The position numbers and the translations under genes were made by a program. The notes under the pieces were generated by a model, which searched no databases, was not told the origin of the DNA, and saw only the letters and a list, made by a program, of their open reading frames with translations. A DNA stretch of 64,000 nt from an uncultured Veillonellaceae bacterium (GTDB taxonomy: Bacteria; Bacillota; Negativicutes; JARBTT01), in NCBI GenBank assembly GCA_963805085.1, contig CAWDTA010000005.1:544001-608000 (forward strand). Reading direction: 5' to 3'. Positions 28,917 to 38,487 of the stretch are shown piece after piece. Within the stretch, counting starts at the first letter, position 1. Each line of letters starts with the position of its first letter.

Positions 28917-30188
28917 ATGTGGATGATGAGTGATAGGGACATTAGTACAAATTTATTAGAAAGCTCTATAGAATATGGACTTGTTTATGTTGGTGATTAC
29001 ATAAGTGAAATGATTGGAAAATCAGTTTTAGTTGCTGATAATCGTGGTTATATGCATTATCCGGAAAAGTCTGTCATTAGTGATACTGATATTGAGTATT
29101 TGATAAGGACGATGCCACAGATAGAGGAAGACCAATATTATTATGAAAAAAACGAATCTATGCTCGTCTATCCGATTGGGAGAAATGATCTTAAAGCGTT
29201 GGTGCTTGTAAAAAATGTTTCTCAAGAAGAGATCATAACAGTTTTATCAATGCTGAGTTATGCGAAATTAGCGATTAAAAACTACATTCATAATGAGTTA
29301 AGTTTAGAAAATAAATTGGCAGCGTATCAAAGAAAATTTTTAGATACTATGTTTCTGAAAAATGAAGCAAATGTAAAAATAGTCTTAGAAAAAGCGGGCG
29401 TTTATTTAGATGTAAATCGTAAATATGCCATTGGATTAATTAAGTTACATGACCAGGAGGAAAAACTTGATTATCATAAAGTAAAGATGGATATGTTTGA
29501 ATATAGTCATAATGCAAATTTTGATCCATCAGGGCTAGTGTATTGGCATGGATTTTATGTATTTGTCGTTGGTGATAATAAATTAAAAGAGGATATGCCC
29601 AGTGAACCCATTTGGAAAAAGAAAGTTGAAGATAAATACAAAGTAAAGGTTGCAATTTCTTATGGGCGGTTTAAGACGATTGGTGATATGCAAAAAAGCT
29701 ATAATGAAGCAAGAGTTGCTATGACGTTTCAAACAAGCAACGCAAATCATTGTTTTGTTCAACGTTTTGACGATTTAGGGATTTATACAATGCTTTTTTC
29801 CCATGACTTTGAGCAATTAACAGAGTTTTGTATGAAAACAGTAGCGAAATTAATGGTACATGATAGTGAGTTTGATGCGGATTTGTTCATTACGCTACGG
29901 GCGTTACTTCAATGTAATTTCAATTTAAAATCGGCATCAGAACGATTGTTTGTACATGTAAATACGGTAAGATATCGCTATGAGCGAATTGAGCAGCTGC
30001 TAGAAATCAATTTATCTGATCCAGAAGAACGAACCAATTTGTATGTTGTCGTAAGAGTTGGTGCAATTTTAGAAGAACTCGGGTTTATGAAAAATTGTTA
30101 TATTGGTAATATCGTAGAAAATAATATAGCAGATAGTGAAAGTAAAATACGATATCCTCGATTCGGGACAAATTTAAAAATGATATAG
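28917..30188 (+). CDS. PucR/CdaR-family transcriptional regulator
   Basis: KSYNEARVA, FDDLGIY, C-terminal HTH (LFVHVNTVRYRYERIE). Confidence 0.9.
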   Translation: MWMMSDRDISTNLLESSIEYGLVYVGDYISEMIGKSVLVADNRGYMHYPEKSVISDTDIEYLIRTMPQIEEDQYYYEKNESMLVYPIGRNDLKALVLVKNVSQEEIITVLSMLSYAKLAIKNYIHNELSLENKLAAYQRKFLDTMFLKNEANVKIVLEKAGVYLDVNRKYAIGLIKLHDQEEKLDYHKVKMDMFEYSHNANFDPSGLVYWHGFYVFVVGDNKLKEDMPSEPIWKKKVEDKYKVKVAISYGRFKTIGDMQKSYNEARVAMTFQTSNANHCFVQRFDDLGIYTMLFSHDFEQLTEFCMKTVAKLMVHDSEFDADLFITLRALLQCNFNLKSASERLFVHVNTVRYRYERIEQLLEINLSDPEERTNLYVVVRVGAILEELGFMKNCYIGNIVENNIADSESKIRYPRFGTNLKMI

Positions 30189-30203
30189 TAGATTGACACA
30201 TGT

Positions 30204-30240
30204 AAAAGGGCAACTGTAGGTTATGCAGTTGCCCTTTTGT
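30204..30240 (+). terminator. Terminator after PucR gene
   Basis: AAAAGGGCAACTGTA...TGCAGTTGCCCTTTT. Confidence 0.85.
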
Positions 30241-30503
30241 CGTAATTTAAAAATAAAATAATAACAAATAGTTATACAATGTTATAAAAATATAAAAAAA
30301 TGTTATAATTTACTACAAAGCTTTTATAAAAATTAGAATCATATATTATAAAAATAAAATGAGATTGTATGAAACAATTAGCTTTTACTACAGTCAATGA
30401 ATAAAATAACTGTGTTTTTTCGTTAAAGTGATTGAAAAATAAAACAGATTATTTAAAATATTAAAAAATCTGCTTTGTTTCTCATATTCTACTGAATGGG
30501 TTT

Positions 30504-30551
30504 TTGTGAATAACTACAAATAACTATACTTGTTATTGTATAATAAGACAA
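30504..30551. promoter_or_regulatory. Tandem TTGT-N8-ACAA palindromes (candidate activator sites)
   Basis: TTGTGAATAACTACAA (30504-30519) and TTGTATAATAAGACAA (30536-30551), 32 bp apart. Confidence 0.5.
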
Positions 30552-30616
30552 CTAGATGTTTTGGTGAAAATTTTAAAATTATAATACCTATATTATAATG
30601 TATAAAGTGACAACGT

Positions 30617-30658
30617 TTGACAAAAGTCAACAATGCTCATTATTAAACAGTATATTAT
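30617..30658 (+). promoter_or_regulatory. Crp/Fnr-like site TTGAC-N4-GTCAA with downstream -10 box
   Basis: TTGACAAAAGTCAA 30617-30630; TATTAT 30653-30658 places the site centre near -41.5. Confidence 0.45.
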
Positions 30659-30771
30659 ATAGAGATGAATTTTTTGTGAGGCAACAGCATTCATATGGAT
30701 CATTAAGAATCTGTACATAAGTCATCTTAAAACTGTTTGGTGTATTTTATATTATTAGGAGGGTGCTATTT

Positions 30772-32601
30772 ATGGCGAAACAGATATCAAGACGTAGCTT
30801 TATTAAGGCCGGTGTAGCTGTTGGTGCAGCAGTTGCAGCCGGTACTTATTTTGAGTGGCAAGGAAACAATATCCCCGCTTCCGTAAAACAAGGTACAGCT
30901 CTATATGATGTATTGATTATCGGTAGTGGTGGCTCTGGGATGCGTGCAGCATTAGAAGCTGCAAAAGACAAAAATTTAAAGGTTGCAGTCGTAACTAAAA
31001 TGGTGCCAACTCGTTCGGCAACAACGATGGCGCAAGGTGGCATCAATGGTTGTGTAACAGATCCAGAAGATACACCAGAATCTCATGCATTCGACACGGT
31101 TAAAGGTGGCGACTATTTATGTGACCAAGACGCTGTAGAATATTTTGCTGAAAATGCTGGCGCTAGTTTACTTGAACTAGATTACTTTGGTTTTCCTTTT
31201 AATCGTCAGGAAAGTGGTGCATTTGATCAACGTAAAATGGGTGGTAGCTCCCATAAGCGTACTGCTTATTACGCTGACACATCTGGGCATGGGTTGCTAC
31301 ATGCATTGTTTGAACAATGCTTAGCAAACAATATAGAATTTATTTCTGAATGTCAAATGCTTGAAATTGTTGTAAAAGACGATAAATTAAGTGGTATCGT
31401 TGCGATCGATATGCGCAGTGGTAACATCCTTTCTATCCCAACCAAAGCACTTATTATAGCAACCGGCGGCTATGGCCGCGCTTACTGGATTCGTACGTCC
31501 AATCCATATAGTTCTACTGGTGACGGGATCGCGGCTTGTTTAAACATTGGTATTCCGTTCAAAGATCCGGAGATGGTACAGTTCCATCCAACTGGTCTTG
31601 CGAGTAATGGGGTATTGTTATCAGAGTCAAGTCGTTCAGAGGGAGCATTGCTCTTAGATAAAAACGGTGAACGTTTTATGGCCAGATATGCGCCGAAAGC
31701 AATGGAACTTGCAACACGTGACTTAGTCGCTCGGGCAATTGAAACAGAAATCAGTGAAGGCCGTGGTATTGGCGAAGGCTTAAATGCTGGTGTATATATG
31801 GACTTTACCCATATTCCTAAAGATCGTTTAATGGAACGTTTAGGACAAGTTTATGATTTATCTTTACGTTTTGAAGGTGTTGATATTACACAAAAACCAG
31901 TGCCTATTCGTTGTTCTTGCCATTATTCTATGGGTGGTATCGATGTAACGGATTATAAATCAGGCGGCACAAAAGTTCCTGGCGTATTTGCTACAGGCGA
32001 ATGCTCTTGTGTCTCTGTACATGGGGCAAATCGTTTAGGTGGTAACTCGTTAAGCGAAATAGTTTTATTCGGTAAAACAGCTGGTGCTGGCGCGACTACC
32101 TATGCAAAAAAAGCTGGCTATGTTGGCGATAAAGCTGCATTGACTGCATCGCTTGATAAATGGAATAAAAACTTCGAAGAAGTAACAAATAGAACAGCTG
32201 GTCCAAGGGTTGCAGAAATTCGTGATAAAATGGCAGCTGCAATGTGGTATAAAGCAGGGGTTTATCGTGAAGAAGCACAATTGCAAGAAGGGCTAAAAGA
32301 AATTGATTCTTTAATTCAAGAATATAAAAACTGTTACGTTGGTGATACGAGTAGAACTTATAATACAGCATTTATGAATTATATTGAAGTTGGCAATCTT
32401 CTGATGATATCCAAGGCAATTATTATGGGAGCAATTGCTCGGAAAGAAAGCCGTGGCGGTCATTCACGGAAAGATTTCCCAGAACGTGATGATAAAAACT
32501 TCTTAAAACATACGATTATTAGTAAGGTTGGCGATAAATTTACAACCGATTATCGTGACGTTGTTATTACGAAATATAAACCAGCAGAAAGGAAGTATTA
32601 A
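30772..32601 (+). CDS. Tat-exported fumarate reductase flavoprotein (MfrA/SdhA-like)
   Basis: SRRSFIK twin-arginine signal, GSGGSG FAD fold, RSATTMAQGG, QFHPT, ELATRD, HYSMGG, HGANRLGGNSL, ESRG. Confidence 0.9.
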   Translation: MAKQISRRSFIKAGVAVGAAVAAGTYFEWQGNNIPASVKQGTALYDVLIIGSGGSGMRAALEAAKDKNLKVAVVTKMVPTRSATTMAQGGINGCVTDPEDTPESHAFDTVKGGDYLCDQDAVEYFAENAGASLLELDYFGFPFNRQESGAFDQRKMGGSSHKRTAYYADTSGHGLLHALFEQCLANNIEFISECQMLEIVVKDDKLSGIVAIDMRSGNILSIPTKALIIATGGYGRAYWIRTSNPYSSTGDGIAACLNIGIPFKDPEMVQFHPTGLASNGVLLSESSRSEGALLLDKNGERFMARYAPKAMELATRDLVARAIETEISEGRGIGEGLNAGVYMDFTHIPKDRLMERLGQVYDLSLRFEGVDITQKPVPIRCSCHYSMGGIDVTDYKSGGTKVPGVFATGECSCVSVHGANRLGGNSLSEIVLFGKTAGAGATTYAKKAGYVGDKAALTASLDKWNKNFEEVTNRTAGPRVAEIRDKMAAAMWYKAGVYREEAQLQEGLKEIDSLIQEYKNCYVGDTSRTYNTAFMNYIEVGNLLMISKAIIMGAIARKESRGGHSRKDFPERDDKNFLKHTIISKVGDKFTTDYRDVVITKYKPAERKY

Positions 32602-32603
32602 TC

Positions 32604-33554
32604 ATGGCGGTTACTTTAAATATTCATCGTAAATTAGATGAAAAAAAATGGGTGCAGGAATATACGGTTGAACTTGAAAAAGGAATGACCATTTTAGCGG
32701 CATTAAACAAAATAAAAGAAACCATTGATCCGACCTTATCTTTTACAGCATCTTGTCGTTCTAGTATTTGTGGTGCTTGCGCTGTAAGGGTGAATGGTAA
32801 TGCAGAACTTGCTTGTGAAATATTGCTTGCTGATTTAATAAAACGTTATAAAACAGAAACGTTTACGATCGAGCCACTTGGTAATTTTAGAGTGATTCGT
32901 GATTTAATTGTGGATTGGGATCCTAAATATGAAAAAATGAAAAAGATTAAACCAGTGTTACAACCGAAGCACGAATTCAGTCCAGAAAAAGGTTGTAAAC
33001 AATCTATTGAGGATTTCAAAAAGTATAGTAAGTATGCAGAATGTATTTTATGTGGTTCTTGCGTCTCAGAATGTAATAAATCTACCGTAAATAATAAAGA
33101 TTTCTTGGATCCATTCATTTTTGTAAAAGCAGAGAAATTGGTTGCCGATTCTCGTGATAGAGAGCCAAAAGAACATTTACAAGCTGTTGTAAATGAAGGT
33201 TTGTGGAAATGTATGAATTGTCAGGAATGTACCACAAAATGTCCAAAAGGACTTGATCCTGCTGGGGCAATTGAAAAATTGTGTGAGGCAACCTTTAAAC
33301 TGGACTTATTAGGTAGCAGTGTTGGTTCAAATCATGCCAAAGCACTTTACGATGATATTTATAATACAGGTCGTTTAGATGAATCTAAGCTTTCCATTCA
33401 ATCTGAAGGTTTGGTATCAGCAGCGCTTCGGGCTCCTTTTGCAATGAGATTGATGAAAACTGGAAAATTAGATCCATTTGAAAAAGTACCAGTGAATCCA
33501 GAAATCAATAAAATTCGCGACATTTTAAATAACGCAAAGAAGGAGGAAAAATAA
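32604..33554 (+). CDS. Fumarate reductase iron-sulfur subunit (MfrB/SdhB-like, type E)
   Basis: CRSSICGAC..C; CILCGSCVSEC; CMNCQECTTKCP; C-terminal extension. Confidence 0.9.
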   Translation: MAVTLNIHRKLDEKKWVQEYTVELEKGMTILAALNKIKETIDPTLSFTASCRSSICGACAVRVNGNAELACEILLADLIKRYKTETFTIEPLGNFRVIRDLIVDWDPKYEKMKKIKPVLQPKHEFSPEKGCKQSIEDFKKYSKYAECILCGSCVSECNKSTVNNKDFLDPFIFVKAEKLVADSRDREPKEHLQAVVNEGLWKCMNCQECTTKCPKGLDPAGAIEKLCEATFKLDLLGSSVGSNHAKALYDDIYNTGRLDESKLSIQSEGLVSAALRAPFAMRLMKTGKLDPFEKVPVNPEINKIRDILNNAKKEEK

Positions 33555-34412
33555 ATGAAATATGCATTTTTCCCAGGCTGTGTATTAAAAGGCGCGGCAA
33601 AAGAAGCTTATATGGCAACTACAAAAGTTACTGAAAAATTAGGAATTGAACTTGTTGAAATTCCTAACTGGACTTGCTGTGGCGCATCACATGCACAAGG
33701 TGTTGACGAGTTAGCATTACTTGCAATCAATGCACGTAATATTGCAATTGCTGAACAAATGGGATTACCTGTTTTAACAGTATGTAATACTTGTACGCTT
33801 CAATTACGTCAAGCAAAAGCAAAACTAGATGGTGATGCAAAATTAAAAGCAAAAGTAAATGAAATTTTAGCGAAATCTGGCTATGAATATAAAGGAACTT
33901 CCGAAGTAACACATTTACTTTGGGTATTGGCATCAAATCCGCAAATTTTTGATGGTAAAATAACAAAACCATTAAAGGATTTAAAAGTTGCAGGATATTA
34001 TGGCTGTCATCTTGTACGTCCACCTAAAATCATGAATTATGAAGATGGAAGAAATCCTGAATCATTAGAAAAAGTAATTCGGTTACTTGGGGCAACCCCA
34101 GTAGAGTTTGATTACAAATTAAAATGCTGTGGTTTCCATGCCTTCTTTACTGCCGAAAGAGATGTGATGACAGTAACTGGGCAAGCTGTAGACAGCGCAG
34201 AAAAAGCTGGTGCTGATTTGATGGTTACTCCATGCCCACTTTGTCAGATGCAATTGGATATGTATCAACCAGAAGGACGAGCTGCAGTTAGGACAGCGAC
34301 AGAAATTCCTGTGCTTCATTTACCCCAATTGATTGGTTTAGCTATGGGAATGAGCAAGGAAGATATGGGTATTAACTACCATATTTCAGCAGTAGATAAA
34401 ATTAAAGGATAA
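33555..34412 (+). CDS. CCG-domain anchor subunit (SdhE/MfrE, HdrB-like)
   Basis: YAFFPGC, WTCCG, CNTC, YYGCH, CCG, PCPLCQ. Confidence 0.88.
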   Translation: MKYAFFPGCVLKGAAKEAYMATTKVTEKLGIELVEIPNWTCCGASHAQGVDELALLAINARNIAIAEQMGLPVLTVCNTCTLQLRQAKAKLDGDAKLKAKVNEILAKSGYEYKGTSEVTHLLWVLASNPQIFDGKITKPLKDLKVAGYYGCHLVRPPKIMNYEDGRNPESLEKVIRLLGATPVEFDYKLKCCGFHAFFTAERDVMTVTGQAVDSAEKAGADLMVTPCPLCQMQLDMYQPEGRAAVRTATEIPVLHLPQLIGLAMGMSKEDMGINYHISAVDKIKG

Positions 34413-34419
34413 TCTTTTC

Positions 34420-34453
34420 TTTGAGGACGAGGTTTTGCTCGTCCTCAAACTTT
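34420..34453 (+). terminator. Terminator after fumarate reductase operon
   Basis: TTTGAGGACGAG...CTCGTCCTCAAA. Confidence 0.75.
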
Positions 34454-34625
34454 AAATAAGTGATGAAAAATGCCAATATACTAAACTGAAGTTCTATATT
34501 ATTTTTCAAATGTATGAAAATGAGTTGCTTGGCAGATATTAAGAAAATAAACAAAGTTAAATCAGTGGATATTAATTGCTAAATAGTTTATTATAGTGTA
34601 AAATATTAAGAGATTTAGCTTGTAG

Positions 34626-35606
34626 GTGATAAATTTGTCGAAAAACTCAATGTTTAATATTGTGAAAAAAGATTTAGAAGTATTAGAAGAAGAAATGCTT
34701 TCAGTCATATATTCACCAATAGAATTAATTACGAATATAGGAACTCATTTAATAGAGGCGGGCGGAAAAAGATTGCGTCCAGCTCTTTATTTTTTGGCTA
34801 CGCGTTGCAAGGAAATAGAAGGCAAGAATTTGATGCCGCTTGCAGTAGCGATTGAAATGATTCATATGGCGACATTGGTGCATGATGATGTGATTGATAG
34901 TGCGGCGACCAGACGAGGAAATGCAACTGCCAATGCGAAGTGGGGCAATCAATTATCCATATTAAGTGGTGATTACTTATTTGCCAAAGCATTTTCCTTA
35001 GTTGCAAAGAACGGTTATAGTAGCCAGGTTATGGTTATTCTATCTGATATTATTTGTGATTTAAGTGAAGGTGAAATTATTCAAAATAAGGAAACGTTCA
35101 AAGCCTCAGAAGATAAGGTAGAATACTATGATCGTATTGCTAAGAAAACAGCTAATTTTATTGCGGCGAGTTGTCAACTTGGCGGAATTGTTACAGGTCT
35201 GAATGAGGAAGAAGTAGAGGCTTTGCGTGAATATGGGTATGCCATTGGTATGGCATTTCAAATTACGGACGATATCCTTGATTTAACTGCGACCTCTGCG
35301 CAAATTGGTAAGCCAGCAGGTAATGACATTTTACAAGGTATTGTGACGTTACCAGTGATTCATGCGCTTAGTGTGAGTCCTGATGCCGAAGAGTTGCGAA
35401 TGATCGTTACGACTCGCGACATGGACGAACAGCTGTTAAAGCGCGGGCTTGAAATCGTTCATGCAACGGATGCGATAGAATATTCTTATGCTAAAGTGAA
35501 AGAATACTTAGATAAAGCACGTAGCGTATTACCAAACTCTATTTCAGAAGAAATTAGAGAAACCTATGTAACTGTAGCAGATTTTATTGCGATGAGAGAA
35601 TTTTAG
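34626..35606 (+). CDS. Long-chain polyprenyl diphosphate synthase (HepT/IspB-like)
   Basis: GGKRLRP, HDDVID...RRG, KKTA, FQITDDILD; exact start uncertain. Confidence 0.92.
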   Translation: MINLSKNSMFNIVKKDLEVLEEEMLSVIYSPIELITNIGTHLIEAGGKRLRPALYFLATRCKEIEGKNLMPLAVAIEMIHMATLVHDDVIDSAATRRGNATANAKWGNQLSILSGDYLFAKAFSLVAKNGYSSQVMVILSDIICDLSEGEIIQNKETFKASEDKVEYYDRIAKKTANFIAASCQLGGIVTGLNEEEVEALREYGYAIGMAFQITDDILDLTATSAQIGKPAGNDILQGIVTLPVIHALSVSPDAEELRMIVTTRDMDEQLLKRGLEIVHATDAIEYSYAKVKEYLDKARSVLPNSISEEIRETYVTVADFIAMREF

Positions 35607-35654
35607 TTATTTTATTAAAATTTTTATAATTCTATATGATGGAGGTAGTTCATT

Positions 35655-35861
35655 ATGCATGGTATTGGTATTCCAGAAATACTTGTTGTTCTAGTTATTG
35701 GATTGGTTTTCTTTGGTCCAGGTAAGTTGCCTGAATTTGGTAAATCACTTGGCAATAGTATCAATGAATTTAAAAAAGCTCTTTCTGGAGAGACAAAGAG
35801 TAGTGAGCCAACAAAAACAGAAGTAACAAAAGACGAATCTAATAAAACAGAAGCAAAATAA
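35655..35861 (+). CDS. tatA: Twin-arginine translocase TatA
   Basis: GIPEILVVLVIGLVFFGPGKLPE...EFKKA; SD GGAGGT. Confidence 0.93.
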   Translation: MHGIGIPEILVVLVIGLVFFGPGKLPEFGKSLGNSINEFKKALSGETKSSEPTKTEVTKDESNKTEAK

Positions 35862-35881
35862 TTTAAATTAATTCTTTGTAA

Positions 35882-35917
35882 AATTGTCTTTGTTTATTAC
35901 AAGGACAATTTTTTATT
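35882..35917 (+). terminator. Terminator between the two tatA genes
   Basis: AATTGTCTTTGT...ACAAGGACAATT plus T tract. Confidence 0.6.
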
Positions 35918-35997
35918 ATATATATTTATGTTTCGTTGTGTTTTTATTAGTGAAATTGTATAATAGAATCAAATGTAGAAAGATGGAGGTTTTTATT

Positions 35998-36225
35998 ATG
36001 TTTGGTATTGGTATGCCTGAATTAATCTTAATTTTAATTATTGGTTTGGTGGTATTTGGTCCAGGAAAATTGCCAGAAGTGGGAAGAGCAGTAGGAAAAA
36101 GCTTGAATGAATTTAAAAAAGCTACTTCAGGAATTACGGGTAGCGATGAACAAGTAAATGTTACAAAAGCAGAAACAAAGAGTGAGCCAGTGAAAAGCGA
36201 ACCTACTAAGCCAGATGTGAAGTGA
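35998..36225 (+). CDS. tatA: Twin-arginine translocase TatA (second copy)
   Basis: MFGIGMPELILILIIGLVVFGPGKLPE; ATG 35998 after GGAGGT. Confidence 0.93.
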   Translation: MFGIGMPELILILIIGLVVFGPGKLPEVGRAVGKSLNEFKKATSGITGSDEQVNVTKAETKSEPVKSEPTKPDVK

Positions 36226-36235
36226 GGTTTGATTG

Positions 36236-37006
36236 ATGTCAGAAGAGACAACAGAGTCGACTTATGAAGATTATGTGGAGGATCATACGCCAAAACAGAT
36301 CGAAGAACAGCAGCGGGGCAACATGTCATTGCTTAAACACTTAGATGAATTAAGGACTAGATTAATTAGTTCATTCATTGCGATTGGTATTTGTAGTGCT
36401 ATTTCTTATTTTTTTGTAGAGGAAATCGTACATTTTATTACTGCCCCGGCGGGGAAATTATATTACATGCAACCAGCAGAGGCATTTTTTACTTTTTTAA
36501 AAGTGTCATTGTTTTCAGGCTTTTTAATGAGTTTACCAGTGATTGTGTATAATGTATGGGTATTTTTTTTACCAGCACTTACACCGAAAGAGAAAGCTAC
36601 GATTGGAATATTAGTACCGGCTTCGGTGCTTTTATTTTTTACAGGAATAGCATTTTCTTATTATTTTGTTTTACCGGCAGGAATTAAGTTTTTCTTAGGT
36701 TTTGCCAGTGCTGATTTGCAACCGTTACTTTCGATAGGAAAGTATTTAGATTTTGTAGTGGCATTTTTATTGCCGTTTGGTTTTATTTTTGAGTTACCAT
36801 TGGTCATTATGGTTTTAGCAAAAATTGGGTTAGTTACATCAGCTTTTTTGCGAAAACAAAGAAAGATGCTTATCTTTTTATCTTTTGTCATTGGAGCGGT
36901 AATATCGCCGACACCAGATATGTTTTCGCAAACGATGATCGCGGTGCCAATTATCTTGTTATATGAAATCAGTATTATTATTGTTAGATTTATTTTGAGA
37001 AAATAG
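36236..37006 (+). CDS. tatC: Twin-arginine translocase TatC
   Basis: HLDELRTRL, F..PAL...EK, FELP, SPTPD, LYE. Confidence 0.95.
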   Translation: MSEETTESTYEDYVEDHTPKQIEEQQRGNMSLLKHLDELRTRLISSFIAIGICSAISYFFVEEIVHFITAPAGKLYYMQPAEAFFTFLKVSLFSGFLMSLPVIVYNVWVFFLPALTPKEKATIGILVPASVLLFFTGIAFSYYFVLPAGIKFFLGFASADLQPLLSIGKYLDFVVAFLLPFGFIFELPLVIMVLAKIGLVTSAFLRKQRKMLIFLSFVIGAVISPTPDMFSQTMIAVPIILLYEISIIIVRFILRK

Positions 37007-37026
37007 TTGAGAGGAGCGCTTGAGGC

Positions 37027-38487
37027 GTGGCTTTTAAGGATCTAAGAGAATTTATCGAAGAATTGGATAATCGTGGTTTATTAAAACGTATTGCAACACC
37101 AGTTGATTGTGAATTAGAAATCACGGAAATTACGGATCGTGTTTCTAAAATGGAAGGCGATAAAAATATTGCATTATTATTTGAGAACGTAAAAGGCTAT
37201 GATATGCCTGTGCTTATGAATGCGTTTGGTAGCATGGAACGTATGGCAATTGCCTTTGGTGTAGAAAAAGTCGATGATATTGCCGATGAAATAAGAGAAA
37301 TTTTAAAGTTGCCTTATATTTCTCTGCAAAATAAATTAGATTTATTGAGTATTATTCCGACGGCAAAACGTGCCATTAATTTTCCTAAGTACGTGAAAAA
37401 TGCTCCTTGTAAAGAAGTCATCATCAAAGATCAACCTTCATTGGACAAGTTTCCAATTCTAAAATGTTGGCCGGATGATGGTGGTAAGTTCATTACGCTG
37501 CCATTGGTATTTACTAAAAATCCGAAAACTGGTAAACGTAATGTGGGGATGTATCGCCTGCAAAAATATGATGATAAAACGACTGGTATGCATTGGCATA
37601 TACATAAAAATGGTGCCGAAAACTTCCGCGATCACAAGGAATTGGGTAAAGATCGTATTGAAGTTGCCGTTGCGATTGGTACTGATCCAGTGTTAACGTA
37701 TGCAGCGACTGCACCACTACCACGTGATATTGATGAAATGGTATTCGCAGGGATGCTTCGTAAGAAGTCAGTGGAAATGATTAAATGTGAAACTGTAGAT
37801 GTTGAAGTACCAGCGCATTGTGAAATTGTCTTAGAAGGTTATGTAATGTTGGATGAATTGAGACGGGAAGGTCCATTTGGCGACCATACGGGTTATTATT
37901 CACTAGCGGATAATTATCCAGTATTCCACATTACTTGCATTACGCATCGCAAAAATCCAATTTATTTATCAACGATTGTTGGTAAACCGCCAATGGAGGA
38001 TTGTTATATTGCGAAAGCGACAGAACGGATTTTCTTACCGTTCTTACAAATGCAAATGCCTGAAATTGTCGATATGAATTTGCCTCTTGAAGGTGTATTT
38101 CATAACTGTGCAATGATTTCTATTAAGAAATCTTTCCCTCAACATGCAAAAAAAATAATGCATGCAGTCTGGGGCATGGGGCAAATGATGTTTACAAAAA
38201 TGATTATCATCGTAGATGAACACGTTGATGTACAAGATACAAAAGAGGTCTGGTGGCGTGTATTCAATAACATTGATGCAAGACGTGATATCGTCATGGT
38301 TGACGGACCACTTGATGTACTTGATCATTCTTCACCAATGCCAAATTGGGGAACAAAAGTCGGGATTGATGCTACGAAAACCTGGCCGTCAGAAGGAAAT
38401 CAGCGTGAATGGCCAGATGAAATAAAAATGACAGAAGATGTTAAAAAGATAGTTGATAGTAAGTGGAAGGAACTTGGTTTTGAGTAA
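37027..38487 (+). CDS. UbiD-family decarboxylase (futalosine-pathway MqnL-like)
   Basis: NVGMYRLQ, EGPFGDHTGYY, VGKPPMED, GIDATK. Confidence 0.88.
   Translation: MAFKDLREFIEELDNRGLLKRIATPVDCELEITEITDRVSKMEGDKNIALLFENVKGYDMPVLMNAFGSMERMAIAFGVEKVDDIADEIREILKLPYISLQNKLDLLSIIPTAKRAINFPKYVKNAPCKEVIIKDQPSLDKFPILKCWPDDGGKFITLPLVFTKNPKTGKRNVGMYRLQKYDDKTTGMHWHIHKNGAENFRDHKELGKDRIEVAVAIGTDPVLTYAATAPLPRDIDEMVFAGMLRKKSVEMIKCETVDVEVPAHCEIVLEGYVMLDELRREGPFGDHTGYYSLADNYPVFHITCITHRKNPIYLSTIVGKPPMEDCYIAKATERIFLPFLQMQMPEIVDMNLPLEGVFHNCAMISIKKSFPQHAKKIMHAVWGMGQMMFTKMIIIVDEHVDVQDTKEVWWRVFNNIDARRDIVMVDGPLDVLDHSSPMPNWGTKVGIDATKTWPSEGNQREWPDEIKMTEDVKKIVDSKWKELGFE

Noticed and set aside
33555-34412. Heterodisulfide reductase (HdrB) call
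   Set aside because: No hdrA or hdrC; its position after the flavoprotein and Fe-S genes fits SdhE/MfrE
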